Notes: generated by a model from the letters alone, not told the origin. Positions 18,189 to 28,200 are shown, counted from the first letter of the stretch. The stretch is 64,000 bases of DNA from Myxococcota bacterium (GCA_963674735.2 CAXXQS010000001.1:2112001-2176000), one strand, 5' to 3'. Numbers and translations are program-made.

Positions 18189-19124
18189 TTAATGAGAACG
18201 CACGTCGCCTCTCCCGACATTCCGCTCCGCGTCCGGGTTGATGATCTGCTTGCGCACCCTCGGAAGAATTTTCTCGATGTTTTCCATGTACAAGCGATGG
18301 GCAGTGACATCCCGCGCTTTGCGGTATTGCTTCCAATTGGCCAGAAAACGCGCCGCATCGCCACGGGCGATTTGCACCATCTCGCCCGCCACCGCTTCCG
18401 ATTCGCGCGTCATACGTTCGGCATCGGCCCGCGCTTCGGGAAGACGGCGATTGCGCTCGCCATTGGCTTCCTGCAATAGTTTATGGGCATCTTCCCGCGC
18501 CGAAGCCACATCCTTGAAGGCCCGCGCCACCCCTTGGGGAGGCTCGACCTGCTTGATCTGCATGGAGACGATGCGCAGCCCCAAGTGCAGTTCATCGGTT
18601 TTTTTCTGCACGATCCTGCGCAAGTCCTGCTGAATACGGTTACGAGCGGTGGTCAGGGCGTCTTCAATGAGCATTCCGGCAAAAATCCGCATGCAGGACG
18701 ACTGAATATAGCGTTCGAGCAACGCCACCGGATCTTCCGAAGCGGTGAAATACTCTTTCGGACGCTCGATGGTGTATTGGGTCATCAAGGTCAGCAGGAG
18801 AAGGTTCTCGTCACCGGTTAAAAGCGCCCCGCCGCTCGGGTCTCCGCCCGTGGCGCTCGTGCGATCGAAAGTCAGCGTCAGGCTGCGTACTTCCTTGGTG
18901 TTCGGCACAGTGACACTTTCGATCGGCCAGGGCCAATGGTAATGAATACCCGGCGACACGTCGTCGACGATGATTTCACCGAAACGCTTGACGATACCGG
19001 TCTGTTCCGGTTTGACCGAGTAAATGCCGCTGGCCAGATAGACCAGCAGCAGCAAGAAGACGGCACCCGCCACAATCTTGCGGGTGTTACGAAATATGCG
19101 TTGATTGATGGTTGGTTGGCTCAT
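18189..19124 (-). CDS. hflK: HflK-like SPFH protein
   Basis: TM helix, G..KRFG, PGIHYHWPWPIE, LLTGDEN, PP..V..AFKDVASARED, A.GDA.RF, RLYME. Confidence 0.85.
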   Translation of the reverse strand: MSQPTINQRIFRNTRKIVAGAVFLLLLVYLASGIYSVKPEQTGIVKRFGEIIVDDVSPGIHYHWPWPIESVTVPNTKEVRSLTLTFDRTSATGGDPSGGALLTGDENLLLLTLMTQYTIERPKEYFTASEDPVALLERYIQSSCMRIFAGMLIEDALTTARNRIQQDLRRIVQKKTDELHLGLRIVSMQIKQVEPPQGVARAFKDVASAREDAHKLLQEANGERNRRLPEARADAERMTRESEAVAGEMVQIARGDAARFLANWKQYRKARDVTAHRLYMENIEKILPRVRKQIINPDAERNVGRGDVRSH

Positions 19125-19126
19125 GA

Positions 19127-20011
19127 CTAGCGTCCTTGCGGGGGCGTTTCGAGGTAACGGAACAAGGGAGAATCCGCCGATAAAATCAAGGTCGTGTTCT
19201 CATCCAGCACTTTCTGATAGGCTTCCAAAGTACGGGTGAACTTGAAAAAGCGGGCGTCCTTCGAGAAGGCGTCGGCGTAGATGCGAATCGCGTCCGCCTC
19301 ACCCTTTCCCGTGGTAATCTGCGCGTTTCGATAGGCCTCCGCCAGCAATTCACGCACTTCCTTGTCGGTCTGCGAACGAATCTTGGAAGCCTCTTCCTCG
19401 CCCTCCGCGCGATATTTTTTGGCGATACGCTCACGCTCGGCACGCATACGGTCGTAAACGGAACGCAGGTTCTGGGTGGGGAAGCCCAGTCGCCTGAGTT
19501 GGACGTCCAACAGGTTCACACCGAAATCATTGGCGGCATGTTCCCGCGTTCTCTGAAGAACGGTCTCGGCAATCGCACCGATTTGCGACCCTTCCTCTCC
19601 GGCTGTGAGAAAATCATGCAACGGATGCTCGCCGATGGATATACCCAATTCGGACCCGACCAGGTCGGCGATGCGTTTCTCGGCATTGGACTTGTTGCGC
19701 ACACTCTGAATAAAGCGCTGCGGATCTTCGATTTTCCACAAAATGAAACTGCTGGCCACAACATTTTTCTTGTCGCGGGTGAGGTACTCACTGAGATTGG
19801 AATCCAAGGCCTGCAGGCGTCGATCCAGGCGAATGACGGTTTGCACCGGGTCGGGCCACTTCGCTTGCAGCCCCGCCTCGGTCACCACGCGGGTGGGCCG
19901 GTTGAAGAGCGTGATAATGGCGATTTCCGTTTCGTCCACAACCACCAGGGAGCTGCTGACCAGATAACCGCAAACAACCAGAAAACCGAGTAAAGCCAGG
20001 ATTTTCTTCAT
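19127..20011 (-). CDS. hflC: HflC-like SPFH protein
   Basis: VDETE.AI, LTRDKKN, VYDRMRAERERIA..YRAEGEE, G.GEA.A..IYADAF.KD..FF.F.RTLEAY, DSPLFRYL. Confidence 0.92.
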   Translation of the reverse strand: MKKILALLGFLVVCGYLVSSSLVVVDETEIAIITLFNRPTRVVTEAGLQAKWPDPVQTVIRLDRRLQALDSNLSEYLTRDKKNVVASSFILWKIEDPQRFIQSVRNKSNAEKRIADLVGSELGISIGEHPLHDFLTAGEEGSQIGAIAETVLQRTREHAANDFGVNLLDVQLRRLGFPTQNLRSVYDRMRAERERIAKKYRAEGEEEASKIRSQTDKEVRELLAEAYRNAQITTGKGEADAIRIYADAFSKDARFFKFTRTLEAYQKVLDENTTLILSADSPLFRYLETPPQGR

Positions 20012-21873
20012 TTTACTGCTCCTTCGGCGTTTTTCATTCCAAACGGAAACCCGCCCTTTTCAGGGGCGAAGAGCCAGAGTTTGTAGCCGCCGCGATTGAC
20101 GGCGGGATCAGCGATGATTTTACGTTTTCCCTGTAAACCCCGTTCGGCCATTTCGATGAACAGGCGATAGTGGGTGACATCCGGATTCCTGCGTGCAGCC
20201 GCCGAGGTCAAGGCGAAACGTCCGGCATCCCCGGTGGCGCGCTCGCGACGTTCCGTGGCATCGGCGGTGGCGTCGAGCAACTTCTGCAAGCTGTCCGAAC
20301 GAGCCTGCGGCAAAGAGGTGTTGCGGTAGGTCTCCGCTTCATTGAGCATTTGCGCCCGACTTTCTCGCGCGGAAAAAACATCGCGAAAAGCGTCCACTAC
20401 TTCGACCGGCGGATGCAGATCGTGACAGAAGACATCGAGGATCTCAACACCCAAGCCTAAGGCTGCCTGCTTTTCGCGAACCAGGACGGCAATGCTTTCA
20501 AGCACCCCCTTGCGATTTTCGACCAACAGTTGGTCGGCTTTCTGGGTGGCCAACACCTGGCGCACGGAGGCTTCGAGCAATCCGTTCAACACCCGTTTGA
20601 TCCCGTTGACGCGAAACAAGGCGGTGACGGGATCCGTTAACCGGTAATGCAGCACCAGGCTGATATCGATGATGTTTTCATCACCCGAGAGAGAAATCGA
20701 CTCCTTTTTGACCTTGCGGTAGCCCTTGACGACATGAGACGACTCCCACAAACTCGGGGAAATACTGCCCACGATCTTGCTATCCGTACGAAAGCCGAGT
20801 TCGACTCGCTGGATATCCTGCAGGCGCACCCGTTTGACCTCCCCCAACGGCCACGGATACGACCAGGTCAACCCGCTGGACAGGTCGGTCGCCACAATCC
20901 GGCCACAAAACAGGCGCACTCCGGTTTCACCGAGTCGGATCATCGTCACTCCGCTACCCGCATAGACAATCAGAACCAGCCCCAGCAAGACTGCCAGACG
21001 TCGATGGCTGTACCAACGGCGCAAGGACAGGCGTTCGGCCAGACGCAGATCGGCCAGCCCCAGATCGCGTCCAAGCAGTTTCATGGCCAGGTAAGCAAAG
21101 CCGACCTCGGCCTGCTTGTTGAGCCAGGTGAACAGCGATTGCCTCCGTAAGGGGCTGCCATTTATGAAGCCGATGATGGACGTCACGAACAGCTCCAGGC
21201 CGATCATCCCGATCATCACGGCGATCACGACCGCCACCAACGGGTCCAGCCGAATCCCGATCATCTGCCCCATCAGCGAGGCCAATACGGCCAGCGAGGT
21301 GAACATGTCCATGCGACTGTGATAGCCATCGGCCACCAAAGCCGGAGATTCGACTTCCCGCCCCATAATCAGCTTATAGCGCGAAAGGAAATAGGCGATG
21401 ACGATGCAGATGATCACACCCAGCACGGCCACCCAGGCATACTTCAGATCGTTGTTCTTGTTTTCCCTGACACCCGAAATAATTACGTAAGGAATGTAAA
21501 GAATCACCAACGAAATCACGTAGGCGATGGCAGCCTCGATCCAGTAGCCGGGCTTGCGCTCCGGAAAGATTTTCCCCTCCGGACCCGCTTTGGCAGGACT
21601 CTCCTCGCTTGGTGGCTCGTTTTCGTCCATATCTTCCGGCAACACCTGCGTTCCCGCTTCGGCGGCCTTGCGTTCCTCACGTTTCTCAAGCCAGGTGCGG
21701 GCGGATGCACCCAACAGCACGGCCAAAGAGACGAACAGATCACTCAGGCTGTGATAAGCATCGGCCAGAAGCGCCGCGCTTCCTGACAGAAAAGCCAGGA
21801 TGATTTTCACCCCGATCAAAAATCCGTCGGCCCCGATGGAAATCACCGAAGCCTTGATTCGTCGATTCATCAT
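20008..21873 (-). CDS. Cation diffusion facilitator TM domain fused to an HflK-like SPFH domain
   Basis: GSAALLADAYHSLSD and SPALVADGYHSRMD are CDF HxxxD sites; also LDP..A..IA. These are followed by TM, WSYPWP, SGDEN, DLHPP.EV.DAFRDV.SARE. Confidence 0.88.
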   Translation of the reverse strand: MMNRRIKASVISIGADGFLIGVKIILAFLSGSAALLADAYHSLSDLFVSLAVLLGASARTWLEKREERKAAEAGTQVLPEDMDENEPPSEESPAKAGPEGKIFPERKPGYWIEAAIAYVISLVILYIPYVIISGVRENKNNDLKYAWVAVLGVIICIVIAYFLSRYKLIMGREVESPALVADGYHSRMDMFTSLAVLASLMGQMIGIRLDPLVAVVIAVMIGMIGLELFVTSIIGFINGSPLRRQSLFTWLNKQAEVGFAYLAMKLLGRDLGLADLRLAERLSLRRWYSHRRLAVLLGLVLIVYAGSGVTMIRLGETGVRLFCGRIVATDLSSGLTWSYPWPLGEVKRVRLQDIQRVELGFRTDSKIVGSISPSLWESSHVVKGYRKVKKESISLSGDENIIDISLVLHYRLTDPVTALFRVNGIKRVLNGLLEASVRQVLATQKADQLLVENRKGVLESIAVLVREKQAALGLGVEILDVFCHDLHPPVEVVDAFRDVFSARESRAQMLNEAETYRNTSLPQARSDSLQKLLDATADATERRERATGDAGRFALTSAAARRNPDVTHYRLFIEMAERGLQGKRKIIADPAVNRGGYKLWLFAPEKGGFPFGMKNAEGAVK

Positions 21874-21887
21874 ACTGCTCCGCTTCT

Positions 21888-22379
21888 TCAGTCCATTCGA
21901 TTTCGGCGGATCAGATCCCCGCCCGGACTATAAGTTCTGATTTCGACCTGCAAATTATCTTCGAATTCCACTTCGCTCATCACCGTTCCCGTCGGATAAT
22001 AGGCCCGCCAGACTCCGGCCGGACGCCCTTCCTGGAAATGTTTGATCAGCTTCGGCTGCCCATAGGCTTCCTTGGGATTTTCTTCCTCCCCGGCCGGATA
22101 CCACTGCACCATCGTTCCACTCCAGGGACGACCGTCTTTCTCGATCCAACAACCCACGAACGAGCCATCGGGTGTATACGCGCAGTAATGCGAATGACGG
22201 ACACCGCCATCGCGCCAGTTGCAGGCATCAAGCTTCACCTGCCCGTTACGCCAATGAGAATGGGGGGAAAGCGTGCAACCGGGTTCGAGATCGCCTTCCG
22301 GCCACAACACCCACAAAGCGATTCCAAGAGGTATCGCAACCAGCAGTCCCCCCAGGGCCCACATTGCAGGTTTAGTCAT
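21888..22379 (-). CDS. Membrane-anchored MORN-variant repeat protein
   Basis: Likely ATG 22379 with an N-terminal TM. Repeats GTMVQWYP.G, G.WRAYYPTGTVMSE, TYSPGG. Confidence 0.65.
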   Translation of the reverse strand: MTKPAMWALGGLLVAIPLGIALWVLWPEGDLEPGCTLSPHSHWRNGQVKLDACNWRDGGVRHSHYCAYTPDGSFVGCWIEKDGRPWSGTMVQWYPAGEEENPKEAYGQPKLIKHFQEGRPAGVWRAYYPTGTVMSEVEFEDNLQVEIRTYSPGGDLIRRNRMD

Positions 22380-22462
22380 TGACCATCCATTATGTACATC
22401 ATCAATCCGCGCCTTTTCGCACGGAGACTTGTCTTCGGAATTATAGTTGTAATTTTGAGTCG

Positions 22463-22861
22463 TTACACAACTGGAGGAGATTGTTTGGGAGCAAGCAGGA
22501 GGGGAGAAACGTCGTTGGAAGCGGGATAATCGGGAACCTGTCCCCGGCTTGGCGAATCGCACCGGACAGAGCTGTGATCGCCATCCTCGCACCAGGCCTG
22601 CGAATGACGTAGCAACCACGCAATCGGACAGACTTCCAGGCGCCCCGTACCGCCAACGGACAGGTCGCTAAAGGTATCGCTCGTTTCCGCTTGGTGTAGC
22701 AGCGGGCTGGAGAAATGGGGGAAATGCAGGTAGGCTTGAACCTGCGGGTTCCAGCGATGTTCGAAGAAAAAAACGTCCGCCGTCGCCGCCAGGCCGGTAA
22801 CAAACAGGGCGGTTAGGATGAAGAGAGTCAAGCGGCGATATGTACGATTTCTGGCGGTCAT
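22463..22861 (-). CDS. Small exported His/Cys-containing protein ending ..LLAPKQSPPVV; candidate regulatory leader
   Basis: Signal-peptide-like N-terminus, several His and Cys residues, Pro-Pro C-terminal motif, first gene upstream of the CDF-HflK operon. Confidence 0.55.
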   Translation of the reverse strand: MTARNRTYRRLTLFILTALFVTGLAATADVFFFEHRWNPQVQAYLHFPHFSSPLLHQAETSDTFSDLSVGGTGRLEVCPIAWLLRHSQAWCEDGDHSSVRCDSPSRGQVPDYPASNDVSPLLLAPKQSPPVV

Positions 22862-22949
22862 TTTCTACAATCCGGCAAACAAATTAGGTGGACTTTACCG
22901 CGTGCCTACCGTCCAGCCAAATGATTTTTTCGTGAAATCACCTCTCGAA

Positions 22950-22986
22950 ATGGAAACGGCCCCCGCATCGAATCAGCGGGGGCCGT
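22950..22986 (-). terminator. Hairpin, probable terminator after the DUF1566 gene
   Basis: 11-bp perfect stem ACGGCCCCCGC / GCGGGGGCCGT (22956-22986) with a weak T tail on the minus strand. Confidence 0.55.
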
Positions 22987-23080
22987 CTATTAACCCTAAC
23001 GTTATTTAATGCATCGGCGAAAAAGACCTCTACTCGCACAATAACGGGTCTCTTGCAGCCGTGCACTGGATGTCGGCGAT

Positions 23081-23773
23081 CTATTCCAGTCCTGGCCTGG
23101 ATTGGCGCACGCAGCGGACATTGGCCTGGCCGCCTTTTTGATTCCAGCCAAGGTCGGGCCTGTAAAAGCCGATGAACCACGCTTTTTCAGTCTCGGTAAA
23201 ATTAAGAACGATTGACGAAGACCAGAAATAAGCGCCAGCTTCGCAGCTTCCTTCCAATTCCTCCGGCCAATGGCAGCCTCCGCCGGCATCGGGACAAAGG
23301 CAGGAGTCGGTCTCGCTGCACGATGGATAGCCGAGGCAGTTGTCTGTAACCTGACAGCTTCCGCCGATTTCCAATTGGGGACAATTGCGAACCAACGACC
23401 GCAGCTCGCTGATCGTCGGCAAGCGCCAGTCATCATAGCCTCCAATATCCCGTTCGTAACAATAGTTCCAGGCGGCGCCCCAGTTCATCGTTTTGGGAGG
23501 GGATGGCGACTCCCAGGTCAGGCCGGTGGCGGGATCAAACCATACACCATCGGGTGTCTCGGCATCTGCCGTCTCGCCATCGCCATCGGGTGCCTCGGCA
23601 TCCACCGTTTCGCCATCGCCGTCGGGCACCTCGGCATCCGCCGTTTCGCCGTCGCCGTCGCATTCGCAGACCGCTCCATCGTTCGAGCCTTCAGCGCAGC
23701 CGAGAATCGACAGCACCATGGCTAGAACCCAAACCCATCGAAAACAAAACTCTACGTTGACACTGATTTTCAT
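23081..23773 (-). CDS. DUF1566 (Lcl C-terminal) domain lipoprotein with DGD repeats
   Basis: Lipobox SILGC; three copies of DGDGETxDAExP. DPATGLTWE, NW..A..YC, GGYDDWRLPTISELRSL, YFWSSS, VRCVR. Start uncertain (23818 TTG or 23773 ATG). Confidence 0.88.
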   Translation of the reverse strand: MKISVNVEFCFRWVWVLAMVLSILGCAEGSNDGAVCECDGDGETADAEVPDGDGETVDAEAPDGDGETADAETPDGVWFDPATGLTWESPSPPKTMNWGAAWNYCYERDIGGYDDWRLPTISELRSLVRNCPQLEIGGSCQVTDNCLGYPSCSETDSCLCPDAGGGCHWPEELEGSCEAGAYFWSSSIVLNFTETEKAWFIGFYRPDLGWNQKGGQANVRCVRQSRPGLE

Positions 23774-23807
23774 GGTTTCACCGACCTTGTACTTCACTGT
23801 TCGTCCT

Positions 23808-25268
23808 TCATTCGACAATGTATCTCGCCACGACCATCTCGTCGCCTTCGTCCTCGCCGATAACGACCCTTTGGTCCGACGCTTCGACGCCGACCACGAT
23901 CAGCTTGCCGTCCGGCTGCGTGGCCAGACCCAGAATACGAAAATCGGAAGTGAAAACACCATTCTCGCCGAAGGACTCGTCGAATTCACTGCCGGGATCA
24001 AGGCGCACGAGGAAATCAAAGGCGGGATCGCCGAACGTGGTGCTGAAGGAGCCCGCTACCAGCGCCCGGTCTTTATCGTCGAGGATAAGCGCCGTCATTC
24101 CGCCGGTCTGGCCCAGATCAAATTTCAAGACGCCGCCCTCTCCGTAACCGGAATCCGGCTGGCCATCGACCGTGAAGCGAACTACCGTAGCATCCCGGAG
24201 GTCTGAAAAATCATCGCTCCAGGCATTGCCGGAGGCGATCAGCTTGCCGTCTTGCTGTTCGGCCGGATTCGACAGCCCCTCCCCGCCGGTTGAAGGACCG
24301 ATGGCGACGCCGACACCATCCTCGCCGAAGGCCGTATCCAGAGAGCCATCGGGATTATAACGAGCCAGAGCGTAATTACTGGGCGGTATTGGTTCTCCAG
24401 TAGCTTTGGAGCTGACGGTGACGATTTTGCCATCCACTTGCAACAAGGCACCGGAGCATGACCGGGTCGCATCCGAAACAACCACACCACCTTCGCCAAA
24501 GGTTTCATCCAGGGTGCCGTTTGGGGTCAGACCGACCAGTATCGAGCCCGCGTTATTGATCCCGCCTACAAGTAGGAGGTCATCGTCAGAGCGAACCAGC
24601 ACCGATGAAACGAATCGCACTAGATCGGTTTGGGCGGGAAGGATGAACACTCCCTCTTCGGCGAAATGGGAATCCAGAGTTCCGTCCAGATTGAAGCGGC
24701 TCACGATTAAACGTCCACTTCCTTCCACGCCTGCGGCAACCACTTTCCCGTCGGGCTGAACAGTCAAGGCGAAGCTCTGTCCGTATTCTGCCGAGAAGGG
24801 AAGCACCAACCCATTTTCCGAGCCGAAAGTGTCATCCAGGGTTCCATCTTGAGAAAGACGTTGGATGAACAAGAAAGCGTCACCCTCTTCCGGCTGACGC
24901 GAACCAGCCACGTAAAGCCATCCTTCGGCATCGACAGCAACGCTTTTTGCGCGAGTGATTCCCGAGCCATAACGGCTTTTCATGATTCCGCAGACCCCGA
25001 ACTCCGGATCCAACCGGGGAATGGAATCGCTGGATTGGATGGCGCAGCCTGCTTCGGCGTCGCCGTCGTGGTCGCCATCATTATCGTCGGCGTCGGTCAT
25101 GTCACCATCAGTAATATCGCCGTCGCTTGCGTCGGCGTCGGCTCCGGAAGGTTCGGCAATGTCGGAACCGCCTCCATTTCCAGAGCAAGCGAAGACCAGC
25201 AGCCCAAAGACGAGACTGGTAGCCGACAGACGCAATAGGCGCAACAGCGACAAAACCGGGGATTTCAT
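23808..25268 (-). CDS. Delta-60 repeat (DUF5122) beta-propeller lipoprotein
   Basis: Lipobox LVFAC and DGD linker. Repeated QPDGK(I/L)V..G and R...DG.LD..FG..G. Confidence 0.9.
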   Translation of the reverse strand: MKSPVLSLLRLLRLSATSLVFGLLVFACSGNGGGSDIAEPSGADADASDGDITDGDMTDADDNDGDHDGDAEAGCAIQSSDSIPRLDPEFGVCGIMKSRYGSGITRAKSVAVDAEGWLYVAGSRQPEEGDAFLFIQRLSQDGTLDDTFGSENGLVLPFSAEYGQSFALTVQPDGKVVAAGVEGSGRLIVSRFNLDGTLDSHFAEEGVFILPAQTDLVRFVSSVLVRSDDDLLLVGGINNAGSILVGLTPNGTLDETFGEGGVVVSDATRSCSGALLQVDGKIVTVSSKATGEPIPPSNYALARYNPDGSLDTAFGEDGVGVAIGPSTGGEGLSNPAEQQDGKLIASGNAWSDDFSDLRDATVVRFTVDGQPDSGYGEGGVLKFDLGQTGGMTALILDDKDRALVAGSFSTTFGDPAFDFLVRLDPGSEFDESFGENGVFTSDFRILGLATQPDGKLIVVGVEASDQRVVIGEDEGDEMVVARYIVE

Positions 25269-25440
25269 TTTTTCGCTCCAACGTTAGGCGCTTCGGAAGC
25301 AAATTAAGTACAGCTTAGCCAATCCACGCAAGTTGATCAATCAAAAGCAGAGAAAGTCAATCCTAACGTTGCTAAAACACCGGCGAAAAGCGCTATGCTC
25401 ACGCGATAGCACGCCGTTTGCGGTCCTGCTTGCTTTAAGA

Positions 25441-26775
25441 CTAGCCCATATCCACGCAAATTCCTTCAATGCACTGGGCCGTCCCGTCGCAGTCGTCATC
25501 GGAATCGCAAGTGGTGATACTGCCGTCATCCTCAATGCAGTAATTGACCACGCAAATATAATTCGCGTCGCAGTCGTCGTCGCTTTCGCAGGTATCCATT
25601 CCCGAATCTTCAACACAATATCCCGAGTTGCAGATTTCTCCCACACCACAGTCGGCATCGCTTTGGCAGGTATCAGGAATATCGCTTTCATCGAAGCAGA
25701 AACCTTCCGAGCAGACTTCGCCCGCCCCGCAATCCGCGTCACTACTGCAGGTATCGGGGATGAAGTCTTCATCCACACAATACGTTTCGTAGCAGATTTC
25801 GCCCGCGTCGCAATCGGCATCGCTGTCGCAGGGAGCCATACTTTCATCGATACACAGGCCACTCAAACAGACCTCACCGACGGCACAATCGGAGTCGCTC
25901 GCACAGGTATCCGGCATGGGGATATCACCTTCCATGCAGATTCCGTAAACGCAGCTTTCGTTGCTCTCGCAATCGGCGTCGCTTTCGCACATGCTGACAT
26001 CGGGTTGGCAGTAGCCGTCCCGGCAAACGAAATCGCCTTCGCAGTCGGCATCGACGGTGCAGGTTCCACCGGTACTATCGGCCTCCATGGCGCAATAGCC
26101 GAGCACACAAATCGTCCCACCCGAACAATCCGCATCCGAGCTACAAGTGGCCGATTGATCGGGTGCCACGGCGCAGGCTTCAGTGTCGCCGGAAGTGTTG
26201 AAGATCGTACCGCAGGCAGCGAGATCCGCTTCGGTGTATTGTTCGGTACTGCCATCCGGACAGGTAACGTTCAACGCGGTCATTTCGGCAGAGGTATTCA
26301 CGGTAACGGTATACTCGAAATGTCCGCTGGCGTTATCGACTTCCACATCCGCCGTACTCGCGTCGTCCGTTTGGTGCACACGCTCCGTATTGCACAGCGT
26401 CCCATCGCTGCTGTAGTATTCGCCAACCGCCCAATCGTCGTCGGTTATCGATAAGACGATGTAAAATCCGTTCTCCCACTTCACGATGACATCGTCGGCT
26501 TGCTCGTCGATCACCACCACACAGGCCATTTCCGGCGTCGCCGAACAGTTGGGCTGCGCGATATCCGCCATACACGACTGATCAGCATCCAAGAGAGGAC
26601 AATCACCGAGATCATCGCCATCCGGATCATCACCATCCGGATCATCGCCATCCGAGTCGTCGCCGTCACTCGAGTCGCCATCCTCATCCGTTTCGAGACA
26701 GCCGTACATGATCAATGAACAAACAACCAGCAAACTGACCATACCCAACAACACCCACCTTAATGAACGCTTCAT
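25441..26775 (-). CDS. Cys-rich acidic repeat lipoprotein
   Basis: ATG 26775; lipobox MYGC; (DGDDP)n. About nine C.SD.DC..G..C..G.C repeats fill the C-terminal half. Confidence 0.85.
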   Translation of the reverse strand: MKRSLRWVLLGMVSLLVVCSLIMYGCLETDEDGDSSDGDDSDGDDPDGDDPDGDDLGDCPLLDADQSCMADIAQPNCSATPEMACVVVIDEQADDVIVKWENGFYIVLSITDDDWAVGEYYSSDGTLCNTERVHQTDDASTADVEVDNASGHFEYTVTVNTSAEMTALNVTCPDGSTEQYTEADLAACGTIFNTSGDTEACAVAPDQSATCSSDADCSGGTICVLGYCAMEADSTGGTCTVDADCEGDFVCRDGYCQPDVSMCESDADCESNESCVYGICMEGDIPMPDTCASDSDCAVGEVCLSGLCIDESMAPCDSDADCDAGEICYETYCVDEDFIPDTCSSDADCGAGEVCSEGFCFDESDIPDTCQSDADCGVGEICNSGYCVEDSGMDTCESDDDCDANYICVVNYCIEDDGSITTCDSDDDCDGTAQCIEGICVDMG

Positions 26776-27324
26776 CGTACCCCTTCCTTTCACCGACATT
26801 CATTACAACTTAGTCGAAAATAGTCACAATTCGGAATTCCACTTGTGCGACATCCGCCCCGTTCACCAAGCCTCAATCCGTCCTCACCGGCATTGAAACT
26901 CAGCCAAAGCAGCCGCGCCTTCTTTGCTTACTTATTTTCGGTCGTTTCTGTTTGTTACCCTGTGGAACATAGTATGCCGGATCGAAACGAAAGAATCAAC
27001 ACGAATAATTGAATTTCGCCACCCCGGTGCGACTCAATGGAAACCGGCCGGACAAGCGAAAGATGCCGTACCGACAACACCCTACTGCTTGTTTTCAAGC
27101 TGGTGCACAACGGCTTGTACACGGCCGCCGCCGCCACCCTGACCTGGATACCAGAATCGCAGGCCCCCAGACTGTTTGAGGAAACCGCCGGGATGGCCTG
27201 GTTATATTACCGGAATGATTCCGAAAGCTTTTCCATCTAGCAAACAACGTTCCAGTACCGAACTTTTCCGGTAGTGGACTTACGAAAACAAACGAACCCG
27301 ACACCGAACAGAGGAGGGAAGCTT

Positions 27325-27936
27325 ATGAAAAAGCTTGCACTATTCAGCGTTTTACTTCTGGTATTGGTCCTGCAGATCTCGCCGGTTTCGGCCGAAGACG
27401 CCAAGCCATCCGCCTGGCAGCTGGACACCTATCACAGCACGGTCGCCTTCACGGTTCGCCACCTCGGTATTTCCAAGGTCAAGGGCAGTTTCGGAACCTT
27501 CACGGGCACGGTTACAACTGCCGATCCGGACGGCAAGCTGTCGGCTTTCGAAGGATCGGTGACCATCGACGCCATTGACACCGGCATCGAAAAGCGCGAT
27601 GCACATCTCAAAGCCCCCGATTTCTTTGACGCCGCCAAATTCCCCAAGGGAACGCTGAAATCGAAATCCATCACCTGGGACGGGGACAAAATCACCGTTT
27701 TGGCAGCCCTGACACTGAAGGGTGTCACCAAGGATATTACCTTGACGGGTGAATATCTGGGCAAGCAGAAAGCCAATTTCGGCCAGGGCGACCAACTACG
27801 TGCGGGCTACAGCCTTGAAGGCAAGATCAATCGCCAGGATTTCGGCTTGAATTTCAATAAGTTGGTTGAAGGCGTTTCCATCGTCTCGGACGAAATCACC
27901 ATCCAAATCGACGTGGAAATCTACCGCGTTTTGTAA
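27325..27936 (+). CDS. yceI: YceI family periplasmic lipid/polyisoprenoid-binding protein
   Basis: GAGGAGG RBS, signal peptide, WQLD..HS.V.F.VRHLGIS.V.G.F, IDTG..KRD.HLK..DFFDA.KFP, LTLKGVTK, INRQDFGL. Confidence 0.95.
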   Translation: MKKLALFSVLLLVLVLQISPVSAEDAKPSAWQLDTYHSTVAFTVRHLGISKVKGSFGTFTGTVTTADPDGKLSAFEGSVTIDAIDTGIEKRDAHLKAPDFFDAAKFPKGTLKSKSITWDGDKITVLAALTLKGVTKDITLTGEYLGKQKANFGQGDQLRAGYSLEGKINRQDFGLNFNKLVEGVSIVSDEITIQIDVEIYRVL

Positions 27937-27959
27937 CGTTCTCGATACAACCGCATTCG

Positions 27960-27997
27960 AACGAAAGCCGGTTTTTTAATCGGCTTTCGTTAGTTTA
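27960..27997 (+). terminator. Intrinsic terminator after yceI
   Basis: AACGAAAGCCG / CGGCTTTCGTT stem followed by AGTTTAT. Confidence 0.7.
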
Positions 27998-28171
27998 TGC
28001 CCCTATAAGCAACACAGCCAGCCATCACTTCGCCATTATGGGAACAACTCGGCTGGAGCCGTCCAAGCCCGCCCTTTTGGGGCAATTATCCATGCCATAT
28101 TTAATTATTACCATGTAATAACAGCTGCTTGCACTTTTCATATGTAATTTATGATTTTCTCGATTTATCTG

Positions 28172-28200
28172 TTGCGCTAGGCTACCCGGGCTGCTAGACT
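28172..28200 (+). promoter_or_regulatory. Sigma70-type promoter of the five-gene lipoprotein operon
   Basis: TTGCGC-17bp-TAGACT with extended-10 TG, preceded by an AT-rich tract (about 28095-28170). Confidence 0.5.

Noticed and set aside
22380-22619. Extended 243-aa version of the MORN protein overlapping the 132-aa ORF
   Set aside because: The extension looks non-coding in this frame; the TM-bearing start at 22379 is more plausible.
26800-27310. Possible riboswitch, sRNA or 67-aa ORF (27037-27240) in the 500-bp divergent intergenic region
   Set aside because: No riboswitch consensus or convincing RBS could be recognised by eye. An Rfam/Infernal scan would be needed.
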